A stretch of 64,000 nucleotides of DNA from Phycisphaeraceae bacterium (GTDB taxonomy: Bacteria; Planctomycetota; Phycisphaerae; Phycisphaerales; Phycisphaeraceae), in contig JBBDMX010000099.1 of assembly GCA_040878035.1 (NCBI GenBank), forward strand, positions 1,367 to 65,366, in the 5' to 3' direction. The notes beneath the pieces were generated by a model. The model saw nothing but the letters and a program-made list of their open reading frames with translations. It had not been told where the DNA came from and made no database searches. Within the stretch, counting starts at the first letter, position 1; each line of letters begins with the position of its first letter. A program made the position numbers and the translations under genes. Positions 56,331 to 64,000 of this stretch are shown in pieces.

Positions 56331-58459
56331 TGATCCGCTCCGTGCCTATCGCTTTCGCCGCCGCTCTGCTCGCCTGGCCCGCTGTGGGACTGGCGGAGCC
56401 GACGACGCTGTTCGACTTCGAGACGCCCGGCGTCATGACGCAGGTCGGCGGCATCGATACGGCGCGAAAGATCATCGAACTCAACGGCTCGCGTGCCCTG
56501 GAGGTCGCCACCGGCGTCGATAAGCCCTATCCCAACATCACGCTCAAGCCCACGGGGCAAACCTGGAACCTCGACCGCTTCACACGCATTGAGATCGACG
56601 TCACCAACCTCAGCGACGAGTCGCTCAAGATCGGCGCGCGGGCGGACAATCCCGGCGCCACCGGGCGCAGCAACTCGACCACCGGCAGCATCGGGCTGGA
56701 TCCGGGTGAAACCGGCACGCTGACCGTCGAGTTCGACCGCAAGTTCGCCCAGGAACTGCGCGCCAGCCTCAAGGGTATGCACCACACGCCCTGGGGCGTG
56801 CGCGGCCAGTGGGGCGGCGTGATCGACCCGGCACAGGTGACGCAGATCAGCCTGTTTCTCAACAAGCCCGATCGGCCGTATCGCTTTGCCATCGACAACC
56901 TCCGCGCCGCCGGCACCTTCGATCCGTCCACGCTGGTGGTGCCCGAGCCGTTCTTCCCCTTCATCGATCGCTTCGGTCAATACGTGCACCGCGACTGGCC
57001 GGGCAAGGTCAAGAGCGAAGCGGACTTAGCGGCGCATCGCCAGGCCGAGGCGAAAGAGATGGACTCGATGCCGCGCCCGTCGCAGTGGAATCGCTATGGC
57101 GGCTGGGCCGACGGGCCGCAACTCCAGGCCACGGGCCACTTCCGCACCCACAAGCATGAGGGTAAGTGGTACCTGGTCGATCCCGAAGGCCGGTTGTTTT
57201 TCTCGATCGGCATCGACTGCGTTCGCCCCGGCGGGCTCACGCCCGTAACCGAGGATCGGGCGGGCTGGTTCGCCGACCCGCCCTGGGAGACCGACGCAGC
57301 GCTCAAAGCCTACCTGGTGCAGGCCAACACCAACCGCCGCAATGAATACGACGGCAAGCCGGTGCCCGCCTACGGTTTCTTCAACGCCAACGCCCATCGC
57401 AAGTACGGCCCGGAGTGGCAGCCCACCTGGCGCGACTTGATCGGTAAACGCCTCATTAACTGGGGCTTCAACACGATCGGCAACTGGTCGGACCCCGAAC
57501 TGCTGCCGAACGCGGGCTTGCCCTACACGCATTGGGTCTACATCAACGCCCCCAAGCTGCCCTGGCAGGCGGGCACGCGCAACCGCATCTCCGACCCGTT
57601 CCATCCGGGCCTTGAGCCCGAATTGCGCCGCCGCGCCGAGGGCATGACCAAGGGCACCACCGACGACCCGAATTGCATCGGCTACTTCGTGGACAACGAG
57701 CTGTCGTGGGGCGATGCGACCTACCTGGCACGCGGCGTGGTCAAAGGTGAACCCGCGCAACCCGCCAAGGTCGCGATGGTCGAGGACCTCAAGGCCCGCT
57801 ATGGCACGATCGACAAGCTCAACGCGGCGTGGGCGATGGAGTTTGCCGCGTGGGACGATGTGCTGGCGTCCAAAGTTCTGCCTACCACGGATGCGGCCGC
57901 GGCCGACTTGGAGCTATTCAACGAGCAGATCGTGCGGGCGTACTTCAAGACCGTGCGCCAGGTGATGAAGTCGGTGGCGCCGGACAAGCTGTACCTGGGC
58001 TGCCGCTTTGCCGAGAGCAATCCGCAGGTGGTGCGCGTGGCGGCCGAGTATTGCGACGTGGTGTCGTTCAACCTGTATCGCGAGACGGTGATGGCCTGGC
58101 GTCCGCCGGCCCCCGGAAATGGGGCAATCGACAAACCGGTGATCATCGGCGAGTTCCACTTCGGCGCCAGCGACCGCGGCGTGTTTGGCCAGGGACTGGT
58201 GCATGCTGACAACGCCCCGGACCGCGCCCGCAAATTCGCGCGCTATGCCGCCAGCGCGGCCCGCAACCCGTTGATCGTCGGCGCCCACTGGTTCCAGTTA
58301 GTCGATGAGCCGGCGTCCGGCCGCACCCTCGAAGGCGAGAACCACGGCATCGGCTTCCTCGATATCACCGACACGCCCTATCCCGAGATGATCCAGGCCT
58401 CGCGCGACGTAGCGGCGAGGCTGTATGACTTGCGTGCCCAGAGCAAGCAGAATCCCTAG
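56327..58459 (+). CDS. Secreted glycoside hydrolase (TIM-barrel, clan GH-A-like; family not resolved), 710 aa
   Basis: Signal peptide, an N-terminal beta-sandwich, and a catalytic-Glu context [10 protein letters not shown] ... IIGEFHFGA. The start ATG at 56327 overlaps the DUF1559 stop (ATGA). Confidence 0.55.
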   Translation: MMIRSVPIAFAAALLAWPAVGLAEPTTLFDFETPGVMTQVGGIDTARKIIELNGSRALEVATGVDKPYPNITLKPTGQTWNLDRFTRIEIDVTNLSDESLKIGARADNPGATGRSNSTTGSIGLDPGETGTLTVEFDRKFAQELRASLKGMHHTPWGVRGQWGGVIDPAQVTQISLFLNKPDRPYRFAIDNLRAAGTFDPSTLVVPEPFFPFIDRFGQYVHRDWPGKVKSEADLAAHRQAEAKEMDSMPRPSQWNRYGGWADGPQLQATGHFRTHKHEGKWYLVDPEGRLFFSIGIDCVRPGGLTPVTEDRAGWFADPPWETDAALKAYLVQANTNRRNEYDGKPVPAYGFFNANAHRKYGPEWQPTWRDLIGKRLINWGFNTIGNWSDPELLPNAGLPYTHWVYINAPKLPWQAGTRNRISDPFHPGLEPELRRRAEGMTKGTTDDPNCIGYFVDNELSWGDATYLARGVVKGEPAQPAKVAMVEDLKARYGTIDKLNAAWAMEFAAWDDVLASKVLPTTDAAAADLELFNEQIVRAYFKTVRQVMKSVAPDKLYLGCRFAESNPQVVRVAAEYCDVVSFNLYRETVMAWRPPAPGNGAIDKPVIIGEFHFGASDRGVFGQGLVHADNAPDRARKFARYAASAARNPLIVGAHWFQLVDEPASGRTLEGENHGIGFLDITDTPYPEMIQASRDVAARLYDLRAQSKQNP

Positions 58460-58512
58460 CGTTCCCTGTGAATCCATGTCCTTCGACCCACTTGCCAAAG
58501 GAGGTTTGTCCC

Positions 58513-59256
58513 ATGCGAATTGACACACTGACAGCTCTTCTCGCCACCGTCACCTTGACCGCTCTGCCCGCGCTGGCGGACGTGATCCTGGTGAACGACA
58601 CGTTCAGCGATGGCGGCAATCCCGGCTACACACTTTCGCCTTCGGGTGGCGGAACCGTGAGCGTGGCAACCTCGGGTACAGACCTGACTGGCAATGCGCT
58701 TCTCCTTTCGACCACCAGCAGCAACCGCATGGCGATACGCAGCCTCGGCTCTTCCATTGCCCTGGCCAATACGGGTGACTACATCGAGCTTGCGCTGGAT
58801 TACCGCTTTGCCGCGACTCTAAACGATCCATTCGGTGCCACGGTGGCGCTGACTGGCACCGGCGGTGTCGGAGCAGGGGTCAACTTCAATCCCACTGCCG
58901 GCACCAACCAGGGCACCTACTTTGCAAATCCCGACACCAACGCCGGCAGGTTCACGGCCATCGACAGCGCGACGACCGCTCACTCGCTGACCCTGCGGAT
59001 CACGCGCGTTTCAGACACCGAAGTTCGGCTCACCTCCAGCTTTGATGGCTCGCCGCGCGCCGACTCCAATCTCGAGGTGATCGGCACTGACATTTCCGCC
59101 ATACTGACGTTCGACGGCCTCGTAGTTGGTTGGGTGAGCGGCAACAATGGCGATGTTTATTACGACAACATCCTCGTCAGCACCAACGTCCCCGAGCCCG
59201 CGTCGCTGGCGCTGCTGGGCCTTGCCACCCTGTGCCTGCTGCCGCGGCGGCGGTAA
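58513..59256 (+). CDS. PEP-CTERM sorting-domain protein
   Basis: The C-terminal VPEPASLALLGLATLCLLPRRR and a signal peptide. Confidence 0.7.
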   Translation: MRIDTLTALLATVTLTALPALADVILVNDTFSDGGNPGYTLSPSGGGTVSVATSGTDLTGNALLLSTTSSNRMAIRSLGSSIALANTGDYIELALDYRFAATLNDPFGATVALTGTGGVGAGVNFNPTAGTNQGTYFANPDTNAGRFTAIDSATTAHSLTLRITRVSDTEVRLTSSFDGSPRADSNLEVIGTDISAILTFDGLVVGWVSGNNGDVYYDNILVSTNVPEPASLALLGLATLCLLPRRR

Positions 59257-59331
59257 GAGCGCGGTTCTCCTCAGGGCCTATGATTGCGGGTGCTTGCGCT
59301 TCGCTCACGCCGGCTTACGCGAGGGTAGCCG

Positions 59332-59886
59332 ATGTTCATGGCCACGGCGCTGTGGCGGCGGCTGGACACACCGGGACATGACGCCTGCGCTCTCGAGTCG
59401 CTGGCGCTGGGCTGGCGTCTCCAGGGCGCAGCCGTCTTCCGCCAGCAGGGGGCGCCGGTGTGGCTGACCTACCGCTTGACCTGTGACAGCTCGTGGAACA
59501 CCATCGAGGGCCAGGTGCAGGGTTGGCACGGCGATCAGCCCGTGCAGTGGGCGATCCAGCACAACGGCCAGGGTGGCTGGATGCTCAACGGCCAGGCGGT
59601 CGCGGGTCTGGAGGCGTGCCGGGACCTGGACCTGTGCTTCACGCCGGCGACGAACTTCTTGCAGATTCGCCGCATCGCGTTGGCGATCAGCCAGACCGCC
59701 GATGTGCCCGTCGCCTGGCTCGATCCCGCGGCTGGCACATTGTCGCTCCTGCCCCAGCGCTACCAGCGGCGCTCAGAGTTCACCTACTGGTACGAAGCGC
59801 CGACGGTGGGCTACCAGGGTCTGCTGGAGCTGGCGCCGACTGGCATTGTCCGCCGCTATCCGGACTTGTGGGAGCTGGTGGAGTAG
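59332..59886 (+). CDS. Putative glycolipid-binding-family protein (hypothetical)
   Basis: ALWRRLDTPGHDACALESL ... WLDPAAGTL pattern; 184 aa. Confidence 0.5.
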   Translation: MFMATALWRRLDTPGHDACALESLALGWRLQGAAVFRQQGAPVWLTYRLTCDSSWNTIEGQVQGWHGDQPVQWAIQHNGQGGWMLNGQAVAGLEACRDLDLCFTPATNFLQIRRIALAISQTADVPVAWLDPAAGTLSLLPQRYQRRSEFTYWYEAPTVGYQGLLELAPTGIVRRYPDLWELVE

Positions 59887-59932
59887 GCCAAAGGGCGGCG
59901 CCCGAGAAGGCCGTTGGTCCATCCCCAGCCGA

Positions 59933-60028
59933 TCCCGGCCAAGCGAGAGGACTCGCATGGCCGGGCTTGGCGCGTGACAGAAGAAGCCCGGCCATGCGAG
60001 TCTTCGAGCTTGGCCGGGATCCTCCCCG
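59933..60028. repeat. REP-B palindromic pair (two ~37-nt units in inverted orientation)
   Basis: atcccggccaagcgagaggactcgcatggccgggctt ... aagcccggccatgcgagtcttcgagcttggccgggat. Confidence 0.8.
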
Positions 60029-60044
60029 GGATTACCATGGCTCC

Positions 60045-60575
60045 ATGTCGCCCCTGCGCTGGTACCACACGCAGATATGGCTCTACGGTCACTGGCTGCC
60101 GGGTGACGCCAAGGGATTCCGCAGTCGGAACCACCGGGTTCACTCCAGTGGCGACTACAAGCAGCTACCTCCGGCGGGGGAGCATGCCGGCCTTTACCGC
60201 CACGCCAAGGCACTACTCAAAGGCCAGCCCATCACGCTTACGTCCGCCCAGCGCCAATGTGTCGGGCCGTTGATCGTGCGGTGGTTTGAACTGAAAGAAT
60301 TGGCCATTGCCGCAGTGTCGGTCGGCGGCGCCCATGCGCATCTTCTTGGCATGCTTCCGGTGGGCGATGAGGATGCCATGATCGGCAAGGTCAAACGCTA
60401 CGCGTCGGCCGAGTCGAGCCGGCGGGATGCGATGATCCCATCGAAACTGTTCGCGGGGAAAGGTGAGCCCAAACGGGTTGAGAATTGGCCGCATTTCACC
60501 GCGAGCTACGAGTACGTGACGGAGAAGCACGCTCGGGAAGGAGCATGGGCGTGGGGCGTGGGGCGTGGGGGTTGA
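60045..60575 (+). CDS. REP-associated tyrosine transposase (RAYT, IS200-like), second copy
   Basis: MSPLRWYHTQIWLYGHWLPGD, HuH HAHLLGMLPV, and tyrosine region SYEYVTEKH. It is flanked on both sides by REP-B pairs. It shares a frame with ORF 59493..60575, whose 5' part is repeat-derived. Confidence 0.6.
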   Translation: MSPLRWYHTQIWLYGHWLPGDAKGFRSRNHRVHSSGDYKQLPPAGEHAGLYRHAKALLKGQPITLTSAQRQCVGPLIVRWFELKELAIAAVSVGGAHAHLLGMLPVGDEDAMIGKVKRYASAESSRRDAMIPSKLFAGKGEPKRVENWPHFTASYEYVTEKHAREGAWAWGVGRGG

Positions 60576-60605
60576 GGCGCTGGAGCGGCTGTGGGAACTT
60601 GGCGC

Positions 60606-60735
60606 GGAGTAATCCCGGCCAAGCTCGAAGACGAGTATGGCCGGGCTTGAGAAAAGAATCGTATGGCCGGGCGAGGAAGACCTGCACGCGCCATAGCTCG
60701 GCCATGCTCGTCTTCGAGCTTGGCCGGGATTCGGC
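60606..60735. repeat. REP-B palindromic pair (inverted units separated by ~50 nt)
   Basis: atcccggccaagctcgaagacgagtatggccgggcttg ... tcggccatgctcgtcttcgagcttggccgggat. Confidence 0.8.
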
Positions 60736-60758
60736 GCCGGTGTGAATCGCGCTTGGCC

Positions 60759-61310
60759 TCAACCCTTGTTGAGGATCTCGAAGATCGACTGCGTGCGCAG
60801 AACCACGCCTGTGCAGCCCAGCAGGTGGTAGCTCTGGATGTGGTACTGCTTCTTGAACTTCTGGCAGTCGATCACCGAGAGGCATGGCACGTTTTCGCCG
60901 TCTTTCCACTCGAAGCTCATCGAGTTGGTTTCGGCGGCGAAATCGCGCATCTCAATGAGCGTGGCGTTGTAAAGATTGTCCGTCAGCGATTCGGTCTGGA
61001 TGGACGTGACATAGCCGAGGTTGCCCTGGGCGGGCATTTCGTAGTCCTTTTCGCCCAGGCAAGGCAGGGCGTGGACCAGACCATGCTCGGGCAGATGGTC
61101 ACCATTCTCCATGACCACTTCGGTCAGGCATTCGCCGTTGAACTGGAAGCGTACCACGTGCCCGGCGGAGAGGAGCCAGGTTTCGACCTCGTAGTCACCG
61201 TGCCGTGCCAAGCGCCGCCCCTGAAGCTCAAAGAGCTCGGGGTGCAGTGCCCGACCATACACGATCATGCGGAACATCTGGGTATTGGATGACTTATGGC
61301 TAACGCTCAT
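60759..61310 (-). CDS. Conserved hypothetical protein, 183 aa
   Basis: A clean ORF (MSVSHKSSNTQMFRMIVYGRALHPELFEL...) with slightly lower GC than its neighbours. Confidence 0.5.
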   Translation of the reverse strand: MSVSHKSSNTQMFRMIVYGRALHPELFELQGRRLARHGDYEVETWLLSAGHVVRFQFNGECLTEVVMENGDHLPEHGLVHALPCLGEKDYEMPAQGNLGYVTSIQTESLTDNLYNATLIEMRDFAAETNSMSFEWKDGENVPCLSVIDCQKFKKQYHIQSYHLLGCTGVVLRTQSIFEILNKG

Positions 61311-61549
61311 TGCTTAACCTGTACTTTCTAGCAGTATTGGGAGCCCTGATCGCGGTCTTGGGAGTCCTGATCGTGCTGGGGGATACACGACTCATCTCGG
61401 AAGGCGGATTCTAGCATTTCGCAGGTGCATTGTGAAGAGGTAACGCTTGATATTCCAACAAATCCGTCAGTTTAGGTGATATTCAGCACCGGGCGAGTCT
61501 TGGGCCGATAAGTCCTCTAATCCACCTTTCCTGCACGAGATACGTTCGC

Positions 61550-63487
61550 GTGCGGCAGATGGTTCGCCTGGCTCCCGGAATGACATCGACTCAGGACCTT
61601 TTTGCGCGACTGAAAAAAGAGACCGACCCGTCGGTCGCCGCGGCGGTGGCGGCGGCACTGCCGACGGCCGATCCGGCGGCCCTACGCCTGGGCGTCCAAT
61701 ACCTCCTGGAACGCGGTTCGGCCGCCCACGGCGTGATCCTGATTCTGCATTATCACCGACTGGGATTTGACTTACAGCGAGCCGTGGCCCGACACCTCGT
61801 GCAGACGGTCGGCCCACTGCGCCAAGCCATCTACCATACCGACCCCCATGCCGCACCCAACGTCCTTAGAATCATCCGCGATTCCCTGTCGCCTGATTTG
61901 GGCTATCTGGCCGTTGAACTGCTGCAAAGCGGCCCAAGCGACCTGTGGCCCGAGGCGGCGCGATGTCTGCTGGAATTGACCCACATCAACCAATCGCTCG
62001 AAGGCGACAGCGACTATCCGGGGCACCCGGTGCAGCAGTCGGTTCGCGAGGCGCTGGCGGCCTTTGCCCACCACAAGCAGCCGGCGGTGGTGCTGGCGTG
62101 GATGTGGCTCTCGCCCCGACCGCTGGCGCCCCTGGCACCAACCCACGCCCTGGCGGATGAACGCAGTCCCCTGGTGGTGGCGGCGCGATATCTGCTCCAG
62201 GGCGGTCGGCACCGCGCCGCCCGTCGCGCCGCCATATCGCTTCTGGCGATTCCCCACCTGACGGGCGCCGCATTGCAGGGACTGGGCCGGTGCACGCCCC
62301 AACAGGGCCTGACGGATGTGCTGTGCTCGGCACATCTTGTGCTTCATCCGGGCATCGCCAGTTCGCTTGCCCGTCTGCCGCAGGCGCATAGGTTGCTGCC
62401 GGGGGCCGCCCATGTGGGTGGATACGCCCCCGCCGGGGTGCGGGCCTTGCCCGGCTGGATCATGGCGTTGCCGGTGCCGGCAGGTGACCGGGTGCGGGCG
62501 CTGGCGGTCGTGGGCAAGGCCGCCGATGATCTGGCGCGATTGTCGGCCCTGCGGGCGCTATTGATGCTCAGCCATCAGTGCATGATGCCGGCGAGCGGGC
62601 CGACGGTATCCCCCGCCGATGCCGGCGCCATTCATCAGGCCATCGCCGCTTTCTGCCACGACAACGACCCAGTGATCGCCCGGCTGGCGCTGCGGCAACT
62701 GATCCTGGCGCGCTGCGCGGGCTTGCCGCGGCTCCTGGCGTGGCTGACCAACTCGCCGCACGAGATGGTTCGCCGCCTGGCGAGCCAGCAACTGGCGCCC
62801 TTGGGCTTTGCCCGGCTCTGGGACGCCTGGCCCAGACTGGATGAGGAGCGCCGCCTGGCCGCCGGCCGGGCACTGATCAAACTCGATTCCACTTTCGCCC
62901 GTCATCTGGGTGAGCGGCTGGGGCAGGATAGCGCCACCGCCCTGCGCGCCATGTCGATCATTCAGACGCTCAACCAGGCGCCGCTGTTCGAGGAAGCTCT
63001 GCGGGCGTTGTCTGCCGCCGACGATGTGAAGGTGGCCGCCACGGCTGTGCGGGCGCTGGGCGCGGTGTCCACCCCGCCGGCCATCGCCGCGCTGGAGGCC
63101 GCCCTGGCACATGCCGACAGCCGCGTGCGCGCCAATGCCGTCGAGGCCTTGGAGCAGGCGCATTCGACGCGGCACATCAAGAGGCTGCTGGAAATGGCGG
63201 CGCACGACGCCGGCCGGCCCCGCGCTAACGCCATCAAGGTCCTGCTGAGCATGCGTACGCGCGACGCCTTTGCCGCGCTGGGCCACATGCTCATGGACGG
63301 CGACGCCGCGCAGCGCACCAGCGCCCTGTGGCTGGTGGAAACCGCCGGCCTCTTCGCCGTGGCGCGCCAGGTCGCCGAGATGTCCATCACCGACCCCGAC
63401 GCCACCGTGCAGCGCCGCGCCGATCGGGTGATCCACGGCCTGATCCAAGCCATGCGCGCCCGCCCCGCCGTGGAGATCCCCGCATGA
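61550..63487 (+). CDS. HEAT/PBS-lyase-like repeat protein
   Basis: Repeated ~30-aa helical units (DSRVRANAVEALEQ, AVRALGAVSTPPAIAALEAAL, RANAIKVLLSM). Confidence 0.65.
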   Translation: MRQMVRLAPGMTSTQDLFARLKKETDPSVAAAVAAALPTADPAALRLGVQYLLERGSAAHGVILILHYHRLGFDLQRAVARHLVQTVGPLRQAIYHTDPHAAPNVLRIIRDSLSPDLGYLAVELLQSGPSDLWPEAARCLLELTHINQSLEGDSDYPGHPVQQSVREALAAFAHHKQPAVVLAWMWLSPRPLAPLAPTHALADERSPLVVAARYLLQGGRHRAARRAAISLLAIPHLTGAALQGLGRCTPQQGLTDVLCSAHLVLHPGIASSLARLPQAHRLLPGAAHVGGYAPAGVRALPGWIMALPVPAGDRVRALAVVGKAADDLARLSALRALLMLSHQCMMPASGPTVSPADAGAIHQAIAAFCHDNDPVIARLALRQLILARCAGLPRLLAWLTNSPHEMVRRLASQQLAPLGFARLWDAWPRLDEERRLAAGRALIKLDSTFARHLGERLGQDSATALRAMSIIQTLNQAPLFEEALRALSAADDVKVAATAVRALGAVSTPPAIAALEAALAHADSRVRANAVEALEQAHSTRHIKRLLEMAAHDAGRPRANAIKVLLSMRTRDAFAALGHMLMDGDAAQRTSALWLVETAGLFAVARQVAEMSITDPDATVQRRADRVIHGLIQAMRARPAVEIPA

Positions 63488-63903
63488 TGCCCATGCTCGC
63501 CCAATACAACGAACGCTGGGAGATGCTCGAGGCCATCTCCGAGGCGTTCGTCAATGAGCGATTTGGCGTGCCCACCGCGGGGCTGGTGATCTGCGCGGTG
63601 GTCCTGGCGGTGCTGCTGGGGTTGGGGGTGCGGCGTTGGTGGGGTCAACAACAGGGGCAAGCGGCGCCGCTGCGCACGTTTAGCCACATCGCCGGCGACC
63701 TGGGCCTGACATGGGTCGAGCAGTGGCTGCTGTGGCGCATCGCGCGGCAACAGCAGTTGCCCACGCCGTTGACGTTGCTCATCTCGCCGGCGACGCTGGA
63801 CCATCACGCCGGGCGGTATGTCCAGTCGCTGGCGTCGCCGCGGCAGGTACAACGAGCCGAAGCCAAGACGCAGGCGATTCGGCGCCGGCTGTTTGGTGAA
63901 TGA
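63484..63903 (+). CDS. Small membrane protein (hypothetical), ATGA-coupled to the HEAT-repeat gene
   Basis: MMPMLAQYNERWEML... with one TM helix GLVICAVVLAVLLGLGV; start within ORF 63328..63903. Confidence 0.4.
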   Translation: MMPMLAQYNERWEMLEAISEAFVNERFGVPTAGLVICAVVLAVLLGLGVRRWWGQQQGQAAPLRTFSHIAGDLGLTWVEQWLLWRIARQQQLPTPLTLLISPATLDHHAGRYVQSLASPRQVQRAEAKTQAIRRRLFGE

Positions 63904-63964
63904 ATGACTACCTGTGGTGATAAAGCCAGGAGACCTACCGCCGGTCCCCCAGGGCAATTGCATA

Positions 63965-64000
63965 TGGCTTTTCCGGTCCCTCTCCCTTCTGAGGGAGAGG
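63965..64000. repeat. CCCTCTCCCTTCT-N-AGGGAGAGG hairpin motif (cut by the window end)
   Basis: The same motif occurs at 40505-40535 (ccctctcccttcttaaggagaggg). Confidence 0.6.

Noticed and set aside
59493-60044. 5' extension of the ORF containing the second RAYT (MEHHRGPGAGLARRSA...)
   Set aside because: The translated region is REP-B repeat and G/P/R-rich filler antisense-adjacent to the glycolipid-binding gene. The real gene starts at the Met preceding SPLRWYHTQ.

Overview
This is a high-GC (~67%) chromosomal segment with a Planctomycetota-like gene set: a DUF1559 pseudopilin-like protein, a PEP-CTERM protein, a GH140-like hydrolase and many lipoproteins. Genes are densely packed on both strands. 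Calls come from the ORF track plus my own reverse-strand and alternative-start reading. Housekeeping genes are ilvC, infC (probable AUU start), prmC, a stand-alone coaB-like gene, a CCA-adding-enzyme-family gene, a TrmH-family methyltransferase and a tRNA-Cys(GCA) with an unusually long variable arm. Transport genes are a MATE pump, an RND pump with its adaptor and a divergent TetR, an MscS channel, and a three-gene sugar ABC importer. There is a carbohydrate locus with ThuA, hexose-6-P epimerase, Eda, LacI, DUF1559, a glycoside hydrolase and a PEP-CTERM protein. The window is saturated with at least five families of short repeats and hairpins. There are two IS200-like REP-associated tyrosine transposase genes, one flanked by large palindromic REP pairs. 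One REP family is inserted twice, in frame, inside a beta-ketoacyl-ACP synthase gene. The most unusual locus is an NfeD(YqiJ-like)–flotillin pair followed by a 1777-aa P-loop/coiled-coil protein that I cannot assign to a described system (37.7–46.0 kb). Other oddities are a tandem pair of papain-like paralogous lipoproteins beside a RAYT, an inverted-repeat-bounded element next to the tRNA, and long composite hairpins built from oligonucleotide tandem repeats at convergent gene ends and inside the RND operon.
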